Assembly: GCA_951406725.2 (NCBI GenBank)
Contig: OX597816.1
Coordinates: 33,666,001-33,730,000, forward strand
Source of the DNA: Octopus vulgaris
Taxonomy: Eukaryota
Reading direction: 5' to 3'
Length of the DNA stretch: 64,000 nt
Shown: in pieces, positions 15,884 through 26,412 of the stretch
Layout of the letters: each line of letters begins with the position of its first letter
How positions within the stretch are numbered: position 1 is the first letter of the stretch
Made by a program: the position numbers and the translations under genes
Notes under the pieces: generated by a model
What the model was told of the DNA's origin: nothing
The model's input: the letters and a program-made list of their open reading frames with translations, nothing else
Database searches by the model: none

Positions 15884-16506
15884 CTATATATCAATTACAT
15901 ATGATATATTATCTATTATTAATATTATTATCCTAATAAATGTGATGCGCACTAGACAACTATTTCTATTCGCCCTTTATTACACAATTTTTTTATTATT
16001 TGTTTCTGTTTTTCTTCTCCTCCCCATTTCACCGTTCACCGTTGTGTTTCTCTTCCTCCCTCTTCCTCACACATCTTCCTTGACTCTCTCGTTGCTCACA
16101 CGTGGGCAGTGGCTATCGTTCTTTCTTACTCTTGCTTTACAAGAGACAATACCAACTTTTACCTGTCTCCTGTAATAGAGCCTTTCTCCAGCGTTCATAA
16201 CTTTAACTCGTTATGGCTCAGCAGCACTTGACGTCTGTTTTCACTGTTTTGTTTTTGTTACCACATTAACCCTCCGAGTCACATATGTGTTTATATGTAT
16301 TTATTGACGTGTTTCATTTCTTCATTTCCCTGAAGAGAAGATTACATTGTTTTACACCATTTCATTCCTATGGAATAGTACTAGTGATATCTTCTAAACA
16401 TATGTCAGAAGTAAAATAACTTGAATAACACCTGCGTTTAGCTCCGTTTATATATATATATAGTTATATATATATGTATCTATATATTTAAAAATCTGTG
16501 TATATA

Positions 16507-16554
<48 letters not shown>

Positions 16555-16663
16555 ATATATACATATATATATCTATCTATATATATATATATCTATATAC
16601 ATACATATATATATACATATATATACACATACATACATATATATATATATATATACACACACG

Positions 16664-16720
<57 letters not shown>

Positions 16721-17499
16721 TTATATTTGTTGGTGGGTGTGTAACTGTATAGAAACATGCCTGACTTTATGTGTGTACAGTTCATCTTCTCTTTCTAGTA
16801 TTCGTATCTCCCACATAGTGTCAATCTACCCTCATTTGCTTCGTTAGTGCGGTTAAGTCGCTGAGTTATAAGCGGAGACATGAGATAAAATATGTCTGTC
16901 TGCTCTCACTGACAGAAGCATTTCTTCTTCGCTTCCATTGTGACGTAACTACTTACATATACTTATGTAAAATAACTTACGTACAGGCGTAGTTCTTGAC
17001 TAAATCCCTCGTAGCCTAATAATTGTACCATTCTTCTCTATACATAATCACATATACACACACTTCAACACACTCTACACATCACCACTGCTGGCTTCTG
17101 CCCATGAAAACGAAGCGGCAGCAGTGACACACATACAATATACACTTGTACACACATGCATGCTGTTTTGTAAGTATTTAGACTGCCATATAATTATATT
17201 TTCTCCTTTACTTAGTACTTGCTTGCTACAGGGGATAACCAGCTGAATTTGTGAATGTTCTAACCTCAATTTACTTAACATTTTAGTCTACAAATGGATA
17301 ATGTTCGGCAGACTACTAACTAAGAATTTTTTTAATACTATGCGAATGTCAATATGGCCTGATTCGTTGAAACGAGTGCAGCAAGTACAGACTTTTCGTT
17401 TGCTTACTGTATAAACATTCAATAAATGAGACAGTAAAGAAAGAAAGAAAAATAAACAAGAGATTGGGAAGAGTACACACAGATGCACACTTACACACA

Positions 17500-17567
<68 letters not shown>

Positions 17568-17747
17568 AAAATGTGCCTCTATATAAATTTGTACAAACGA
17601 CTGCTTGTGTGTAGTGTGTGTATGTGAGTTTCTCTGTCGTTGAGTGGATGAAGATTATTGTTGCAACATTCTCAATGGTCTGGCATGTTCTGGCTTTTCC
17701 CCAATCTGTATATTATCTTCCCTTCTCTTTGTATATCTCTGTATGTA

Positions 17748-17794
<47 letters not shown>

Positions 17795-19289
17795 AATGTA
17801 TGTGTATATGTATCTGTGTTTATAGTGAATCTTACTAGTGAATCGAGAAATTTCTGTTTAGTTCTCAGTCAGCAGATATAATACCCATTCACAGAAATGT
17901 GTAACTTGATAAACCAAACTTTTCTCAATGCACTCTTTACGCTTTTGCAAACATACTCCCATATTCTAATACGGATACCAGGTGTACATATAGACACATA
18001 CACGACTAAAATATACTCTCATGTTATCCTTCTGTATACGCTGATATACAACTAATGTCATATTTCTCACCGGGTCACACATTGTTTTGTTAATGGCTAG
18101 GCTTAACTATTCTTTCGGTTATTATTCACGATACTTATGTAGATAGGTGAAAGTTATTTACAACAAATTCAGAAAGAGGGTTTGGTTAAGTTCGTTTGAA
18201 TATATTTAATGCAGGGAATGAAAATTATTTTTATAAAATGAGATGAAAATATTCAGTCATTACTTTACTTAAATTATTTAGGCTAGATCAAAAGAACTAT
18301 TATTAACAAAACTTGTTTTGATAGTGTTAGAATTCATGGATTACAATTAATTGCACAATTAGTTACATCATAATTATTGTTACAATTATGCACGTTTATT
18401 ATTTAGTTCAGTTGTTCTGAAGTGTTTGAGAACAAGTGTTTGGAGTAATTGGACGTGCTCCCTATTTCATTGCAGGTATTGGCTCTGGTTTCCTAAGACA
18501 ATACTCTCACGAATTTCAGACTTCATACTCAACACTATAAAATTGAATTCTTGTATTGTCATATGAAAAAAAAGCTTGTATAACTAAAATAATACTGCAG
18601 TTTATATAAAATTCCTAATATCTGACTAGTAAGCATTTTCAAAGTTGAGTAAATGGAAAGAATATTCGCATATTACCGAATCAGAGCAGAAAATATGCAT
18701 CATAAAAAAAAATTATTCAATATTTCACTAACCTTACGACTGCCTACATTCAAGTTATATTCTGTGAATTGTCAAAAAAATAAGCTCATTCGTATTGCAT
18801 TAGAATCTTACATTAACCAGTAAAGGTGACATTTCCTAAGCAGAGGTGAATTTTTTTTTATGGTTTCAAGCTGTAGGTACTTACTTCGAACTTCGTTGCT
18901 AAATTATTTGACTGACGCCATTTAATGCATTCTTCAACAGTATTAACTGCATATTCCATTAATTTCCATCTTAAGAATTCTATCAGTTTCAAAATATGAT
19001 GTTATTTTCTACGGCACACAAGAGGCTACAGAATTATAAATATAATGAAATCACCGATTCATCACATGAATATTTATTTATAGGGAGAATGTGAAATAAA
19101 ATGTGACAGAACAAGTCAGTTCACTTGGCGGGTTCTGTCGGCTTCTTGTTATGCACCAACTAGTATGGCCCTTTCCCTAGTACCATACGGCAAACGGTCA
19201 AATCTGCTTCAGGATGAAAAGTGTTGCCTGAATTTCTTGTAGGATGAATAATTTTTCCTTGCCCCAAATTTTAATGCCACTTGGTGTTG

Positions 19290-19590
19290 GCAAGAGCTTA
19301 TCGACAGCACGAAGGTGGAAGTACATATGTATGTATGTATGTATGTATGGATGTATGTGCATGTGGAAGAGAGTGTAACTCGGCAGGAGGACTTAAACCA
19401 CATGCAAAGGTACAAGAAGCCAAGTTACAATTACAGCCGGCTATTACCGGTAAAGGTTTTAGTTGCCAATTCTGTACAAGACAGTGTAGATCTTTAGCTG
19501 GGCTAAAAAGTCACATTCGATCACAGCACCACTAATAGTTAAGCTTCGTGCAATGGTCATACTTGATAACGAGGAGGCAGCAATAATGTA
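19290..19590 (+). mobile_element. Probable 3' end of an RTE-type LINE ORF2 (two C2H2-like fingers, stop, short 3' UTR)
   Basis: ORF 19281-19535 ends YVC..ACGRECNSAGGLKPHAKV...FSCQFCTRQCRSLAGLKSHIRSQHH*, then aatggtcatacttgataacgaggaggcagc-aataat. It resembles the terminal C..C...S..GL.SH.R finger and short tail of RTE elements. Confidence 0.6.
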
Positions 19591-20109
19591 TGTATATATG
19601 TATGTATGTATCGATGAGTGTGGGTACATGCAGAGATAAACATTTGTGTGCGTATATGTGTGTTCGTGACCCTTAATGCGGAAGCAGTCGAATTATGTTA
19701 TTTATGAAAACAATCTTTTCCTGTGAGATCCCCAAAAGCTAAATATAGCTCACGTAATAGATAGCGTCTGTCATTTGCATTGGTAGCCGACATGACCTCT
19801 GTTATTACATCTGTAGCAGATGTGACACAGTAACACATCTGCATTACATTTAGTGTTATTCACTCTACGGTTCAGAATTTAATCGTCTATCCTTTTATCG
19901 TTTATATGTTTCAGTCAGTGGACAATACAGTGATGGTGTTAGTCATACAACGTGATTCCAGTATTTGTTTTTAAGTGTGGTACTACTCTATCGGTCAAAT
20001 TTGCAGAACCACTGATGTATGGGAAAGTAAGCAAACCGCTACAGGTTCTCAAGCGGCGAGACAAACTCTCTCTCTCTCCCTCCCCCCATATATATACATA
20101 TGTGTGTGT

Positions 20110-20412
20110 GGAGGCGCAATGACCCAGTGGGAAGGGCAGCAAATCGTGGTGGTAGGATCATGGTTTAGATTCCCAGACCGAGTGTTGTGAGTGTTTATTG
20201 AGCGAAAACACCTAAAAGCTCCACGAGGCTCCGGCAGGAGGTGGTGATCCCTGCTGTACTCTTTCACCACTCTTTCTCTCACTCTTTCTTCTGTTGGCCT
20301 GCTCGCTTAGCCAGTGGGGTGGCGTCATTCGAAGGCTAAAACAATGCCAACGCATTGTGACCAGCGATGTGTAGCAACATCTGATGGTGTGGTCGGTCAC
20401 GTGATCACATGA
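20110..20412 (+). mobile_element. tRNA-derived SINE (family C in this report)
   Basis: Head ggaggcgcaatgacccagtgg (A box) ... ggtttagattccc (B box-like). The first roughly 170 nt are shared with 37912-38185. Confidence 0.85.
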
Positions 20413-20554
20413 TATATATATATATTGAGAGAAGAAAGAGATGGACGCTTCAATTCTATGCTGCTGCCGCATTATGTCGTACGTGGATGAGAGGATTTGC
20501 ATCCCCAACCAAGAATTTTTGATGTAACACATGTCCTTGCGGAAGCTGTTGTGC

Positions 20555-20632
20555 GCGGCTGAAGAAGGCCACAGACATACATTATGCATTGTTATAAATA
20601 TGTCTAATAAAGGCCCGAAACATATGTACCGC
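20555..20632 (+). ncRNA. Minimal type I hammerhead ribozyme motif (Penelope/retrozyme type)
   Basis: Stem I GCGG(20555-58)/CCGC(20629-32); core CUGAAGA(20559-65); stem II GGCC/GGCC extended by AGACAUA/UAUGUCU; GAAA(20617-20); stem III AC/GU around the palindromic loop AUAU; cleavage triplet GUA(20626-28). Confidence 0.72.
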
Positions 20633-20703
20633 TGAATCCTTCGCATCATGTTTTTATTTTATTTTGATCAATTTATATATATATATATATATGTGTGTGT
20701 AGT

Positions 20704-20850
20704 ATGACAGGCTTCTTTCAGTTTCTACGAAATTCACTCACAGGGTTTTGGTCGACCCGAAGCTTTAGTAGAAGACACAAGATGCAACATATTTGGACCA
20801 TACCTGGAACTATTTGGTTGTGAAGCAAGCTTTCTCCACACTGCCACGTT
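20704..20850 (-). mobile_element. Degenerate SINE family A 5' half
   Basis: gacaggcttctttcagtttc..aaattcactcacagggttttggtcgacccga..tagtagaagacac matches 30650-30816. Confidence 0.75.
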
Positions 20851-21807
20851 CTGTTGTGAATTCAATATTATATGTGGGTTTTCGAAATGCTAATATCACC
20901 CATTCAAATTGAAATTATCCGGAAATTTCGAAGGGGTAGAGAGTAATTTCAGGCCGATCTGGCTGCTATGTGTCCCGTGTTAAGCCACAACGTAACGGCT
21001 TCCTCGTTGGTATTGACAGACAGAGGCGGGAAGAAAGGGGCTCGGACAGACTACACACAAAGTGAGAAACACAAATTGAAAAACGGACAGTTCAACAGAT
21101 AAATAGATATATAGATAGATAGATAGAGCGAGACAGGGAGAGAGAGAGAGAGAAAGAGAGAGGGTGACAGACGTACAGAGAGTAAAGGGAGAGATTTACG
21201 ATAAATGTATTACTGAGTAATCTCTGTCGTGTTTATTACACTGTGCATTTAAGAAACGGGCATTTCTAAAAATATAATAGCTTCTAGATTAGAAGATAAA
21301 ATAAACTGAAGGTAATTACTATAGTGGAATAATAATATCGGAGAGAAGAAAGAAGCGAAGAAATGAAAGCGAAATCGAGAAAAGATGAGACGATAAAAAG
21401 AAGCAAAGAAAATGACAATGGAGAGATTTAAAAAAAGAAACAGTTGCAACATTGGAAGACAGTGATTTCAGCTGCTTCTGTTTCCCGTCACAAGTGTATG
21501 TTAATTGATAACAACGAAGATAATAGTAATTCATCTATAATTACAAACATATATGCATATAATGCAAATATATGGATTATATGTATGAGTGCTTGGGCGT
21601 AATTATTGCATATATATATACGCACCCTCACCCACATGATTGACCGATGCCTGACCCGTTGAATTCTTCAGCCACCGGTTCTCAACATACACTGATAAAC
21701 AGTTTCGCCATGGGCTCTTAGGAGCATAGTTCGATTTGTTTTTGCTCCGCCTCTGTTCTGTTTTTGTTTTTCCAACGGATTTCCTATTTTTTCCTGAAGA
21801 GAAAGAC

Positions 21808-21838
<31 letters not shown>

Positions 21839-21926
21839 CTGCGTTCAGCTCCATAACAATTTAATAAATAACAATTTAAAAATAAAACATATGCATACGT
21901 ACATACATATATGTACAACCTACATC

Positions 21927-21988
<62 letters not shown>

Positions 21989-22155
21989 TATATGAGTACA
22001 GGACACCACAAATAAACGTAGAAGACAACGAGAAACGAAAACATATAATCAAACAAGGAAACCGACATGTTTTTAACAACGAAAAAACAGAGTACAGGAC
22101 AAACAATACAAGAAATATTCCCCTTTATCAGCTGCCCCTGTTTCGACTCAATGCG

Positions 22156-22215
<60 letters not shown>

Positions 22216-22615
22216 CAGACAGAGGGATAGATAGAGGGGAGACAGAGATGTGTATGTGTATGTATGTATGCTTCTGACTGTCTGTGAACAAGTATATATA
22301 TTTTTGTGTGACAATGCGTGGAAGTGTATGTGACGATAAGTATAAATTGTAAGCAAGTGTTTCTGCCAAAACAGACCTGGTCTCCGTTTACTCTGCTTCT
22401 TCAGCATTTCAATGAATGCAGTATTGTGTATGCGCCGAAGTGGAGAAATATTTAGATAACTGTGTATTAAGGGATGTTCACATTTACAAAATCATTCTCC
22501 AGCACAACATGAAATCAAATAAATACATACACATATTCATATACTCATAGTCGTAAATAACTTATAAGCATATACTTACGATATATGAATGACTGTCCAG
22601 CTAACAAGTTGCAAT

Positions 22616-22675
<60 letters not shown>

Positions 22676-22680
22676 ATATA

Positions 22681-22875
22681 GGCGCAGGTGTAGTAAGAAA
22701 CTTGCTTCCAATCAACATGGATCCGGAATCAATCCCATTACATGGCACCTTGGGTGGGAAAGTGTCTTCCACTAGAGTCTAAGGCCAACCAAAGCCTTGT
22801 GAGTGGATTTGGTAAACGGAAACTGAAAGAAGCTCCTCGTATGTATGTCTATGTGCCTGTGTTTGTCCCCACCAC
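22681..22875 (+). mobile_element. SINE family A, 5' half
   Basis: ggcgcaggtgtagtaagaaacttgctt...ggcaccttgggt...ccaaagccttgtgagtggatttggtaaacggaaactgaaagaagc. Confidence 0.85.
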
Positions 22876-23469
22876 CATTCTGTTTCTGAGCAAAATACTT
22901 CTTTTTATTTTCTTCCAGTACAATCAGCTGGCAAAAATGAGTAATCATTCGACAGTGTGGCATCCGTCCAGGTGTGGGATATATATACTCCATGGTATTC
23001 GGGAAGCCGACTCTATGATTCTATATGAATCAAGAGGAAATTTACTGATTTATATCAGATTGAAACAGGCAAAAACTCTGAATTTTCTTGACTGTTTGGA
23101 TAGGTCTCATGACACGTTTCACTCAACATGTCATAACTTTGTATAAATTGAATTGTGTCCAATCATTGCTGTGATTTTTGATTCAATAATCCAAACATAT
23201 TTTCATAAATACATTCATACATATATAAATGAATACATACACACATACATACATGCAATATATGTTTATATATATATATGACACACATACATACGTGTGT
23301 GTTTTTGTGTATGTGAGTATTAACCCCGTCGTGCATACATCTCTCCATCAGTCTACCTTTATTTCACATACTACAAGAAACAAACCATGTTTGGTATGGG
23401 AAGACGTGCATATTAAAGAAGAAGATAGAAAGTACCATATGAAAGGTAGTAAATATCTTCTGTATATCC

Positions 23470-23575
23470 TTTCATTTGTCTAAATCATTGGACTGCGGCC
23501 ATGGGAGTATCACGCCTCGAAGGGGTTGGTTTAGTCGAAGAATCAACTACAGAACTTATTTTATTAAAGCCTGGG
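23470..23575 (-). mobile_element. SINE family A 3' tail fragment (old)
   Basis: tcattggactgcggccatggg...tttagtcgaagaatcaac..cagaacttatt. Confidence 0.6.
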
Positions 23576-23839
23576 CCTCAAAATATTACAGGGATATAAG
23601 CAGGCCAACAATCGTTGTTGAACAGTGATTGCAGCATCGCGTTAACTCTAACAATATTCAAATGAGAGGCATACGATTTGGGAACATGTCATTACGATAT
23701 TAACAGTGAGCAAGTGCATCGGCCACAATGCATCTATGCTATTGATAGCGAATTTTGAGAAATTTCAATCAACACCGGTTGTCAAGTGGACGCGTATGGC
23801 AATCACAAACACGTGCATAGAAATACGAGCACATTATAT

Positions 23840-24208
23840 CTTTTATTTGTTTCAGTCATTTGGAGCACTGCCTTTAGTCGAGCAAATCGACCCTGGACTT
23901 ATTCTTTGTAAGCCTAGTACTTATTCTCTTTTGCCTAACCAGTAAGTGATGGGGACGTAAACACACCAGCATCTGTTGTAAAGCGATGTTATGGGGACAA
24001 ACACAAACTTACAAACACACACATATATATACACATATACATATATACGACAGGCTTCTTTCACTTTCCGTCTACCAAATCCACTCACAAGGCTCTGGTT
24101 GGCCCAAGGCTATAATAGAAGACACTTGCCCAAGATGCCATGCAGTGGGACTGAACCCCGAACCATGTGGTTGGTAAGCAAGCTACTTACCACATAGCCA
24201 CTCCTGCA

Positions 24209-24210
<2 letters not shown>
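23840..24210 (-). mobile_element. SINE family A, full length with a small deletion in the tail
   Basis: The head (reverse) ggtgcaggagtggctatgtggtaagtagcttgctt abuts (TA)n. There is an internal (CA/TA)n linker and a 3' half identical in type to 30403-30816. Confidence 0.9.
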
Positions 24211-24290
<80 letters not shown>

Positions 24291-24291
<1 letters not shown>

Positions 24292-24517
24292 CTTTATCAC
24301 CCATAAGGAGCTAAACATAGAGGGGACAAACAAGGACAGAGAAATGGATTAAGTCGATTACATAGACCCAGTGCGTAACTGGTACTTAATTTATCGACCC
24401 CGAAAGGATGAAAGGCAAAGTCGACCTCAGCGGAATTTTGAACTCAGAGCGGAGCGACAGACGAAATACGGCTACGCATTTCGCCCGGCGTGCTAACGAT
24501 TCTGCCGGCTCGCCGCC
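24291..24517 (-). mobile_element. tRNA-derived SINE (family B in this report), well preserved
   Basis: Reverse: ggcggcgagccggcagaatcgttagcacgccgggcgaaatgc...gagttcaaaattccgc (A/B boxes)...gaggtcgactttgcctttcatcctttcggggtcgataaattaagtaccag. Confidence 0.9.
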
Positions 24518-24572
24518 TTCATATATATATAAGTCAGCAAATGGTGGGGTTGTGTTAACTGCACGTAGAGAA

Positions 24573-24774
24573 ATGATAGGAGAGTAAAAAATAATAAGGC
24601 AGGATGCTAAATTCAAAGTAAATTTTAATAAAAATGGGTGTATGAAACATTGAAATGTAAAAAAATTTTAAAAAATAAGAAAGATTTTTCTTTTTAAATT
24701 TTTCATACATCCATTTTTATTAAATTTAACTTTCAATTTAGCATTCTGCCTTATTAGTTTTCATCTCCTATTAT
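24573..24774. mobile_element. Foldback/MITE-like element with roughly 75-bp imperfect terminal inverted repeats
   Basis: Left arm atgataggagagtaaaaaataataaggcaggatgctaaattcaaagtaaattttaataaaaatgggtgtatgaaa; the right arm is its reverse complement with scattered mismatches. TA sits at both outer ends. Confidence 0.75.
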
Positions 24775-24789
24775 ATAAAGTGTAAGCAT

Positions 24790-24935
24790 GAGCATCTTTT
24801 ATCACACCCACTCACAAGGGTTTGATTGAGCCAAGGATATCATAGAAGACATTTGGCAAGGATGCCAAGCCGTATGACTGAACACTGAGCCGCGTGGTTG
24901 AGAAACAAGTTCCTTACTACGCTACCAAGACCGCG
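24790..24935 (-). mobile_element. Degenerate SINE family A 5' half
   Basis: cccactcacaagggtttgattgagccaaggatatcatagaagacatttggcaaggatgcc...gactgaacac..gtggttg. Confidence 0.7.
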
Positions 24936-26192
24936 CATGCAAAAGAAAGAAAGAATGTGCACATCTAGAAAAATCGATACTTTATAAAGGAATAAAGATT
25001 AATAAAACATACATTACTTTAACTTTCCTCAATTTTCTATATTCTTCTATCATTTATGTACGTGTGTGAGGCAAAGAAATTTTAGTTGGTGGCTCTGTTC
25101 ACCTAAAACGATCTCATATTTAAACTCCAAACACAGTGACTTTCCATCTAGACATTTTATGCTGAAGTTTGAATTTACTTTCAGAATAAACCTGTTTCGA
25201 ATTTTCTTACAATGTCTATAAAAGTTGTACTAATGAGCTGTGTGAACGAGAGCTTATCTAGTTACCTGTGAACGAATTTTTTCGATAACAAGTACGCGTG
25301 TAGGTTGTAGATATATCTGTGTGAGTGTGTGTGCGTGTGCATGTAAATGAATGTATATAGATATATGTAACTGTTTATATTACTAATCTTTGTGTGCATC
25401 GTTGTATTTAAAATTACAGTTATTCGGATTTGTCGATAACTTCGTAAAATGCATTCGCCATCTTGTATGACATCGCTTATGTCATATGAGTTAGAATTAA
25501 CTTCACACATCCAAATTTGCTGTTCATTTTCTATTGGTAGCATGTATTACTATAATCATCTGTATTTCATCAGATGTTTTCACATGGATACTGTCTACTA
25601 CCTGTCTGTTTGCTATTCGCTATTTTCAAAATGCTTATAATGAATTATAAACTGTATCTATGTATTCAATCTAGTCAGAAGCAGTAAGGACGATCTACCA
25701 AGTATTTCTTGGCTTCAGATTGTAGGTTTCTTGTGATATTACATATGTCGCCAATCATACATTTTGCATATTTGAGACTGTTTCTGATAAGGTATCTGCT
25801 ATGCACTCAAAATATAGTTTTTAAATTGGTGAACTACTAGCAATCTAAAAATTCCATCACGATACAATTTGATAAGATTAAATTAAAATTTACCAAATTT
25901 GCAATAAATATATTTATTAGTTAAATAGATTAATGTGTTCTTGTTGAAATGTTGATATAACTTATTATCTGCATAAATATAATGGGAAATATGTTTATGC
26001 ATATTTAATTCGTGCATATTTCAGAATATTTTCGTTCAAATCTGTATTGATTTCTCGAATGAAGAATAAGCATATTGACAAAATATGTTCAGTAGTGTAC
26101 TTCAACTCCGGTTTGAAAGAGGAGCAGCTAGTTATACGTGGTTATGACAATAATTGGAATCATTTAATTGGGTACATAAAAAATAATTATCG

Positions 26193-26412
26193 TTTCTAAT
26201 TTTGACATAAGACCAGCAAATTTAGGAAGATTTAAGAGGTGCGGATAAGTTGATTACATCGACCCAAGAACACAACTGGTATTTATTTTAACGAACCCGA
26301 TAAGATAAAAGGTAACGTCAAACTCGATGGAATTTGAACTCAAAACGTTAAAACAGACGAAATACCGCTAAGTATTTTTTCCACCTTGCTAACAATCCTG
26401 CCAGCTCGTCGC
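26193..26412 (-). mobile_element. SINE family B, degenerate
   Basis: gattacatcgaccc...ggaatttgaactcaaaacgttaaaacagacgaaataccgctaag...gctaacaatcctgccagctcgtcgc aligns to 24291-24517. Confidence 0.8.

Noticed and set aside
20110-20185. tRNA-like sequences at SINE heads (also 24440-24517, 30740-30816, 36543-36610, 37912-37985)
   Set aside because: A/B boxes are present but each continues into a SINE body and lacks a full cloverleaf, so these are not tRNA genes.
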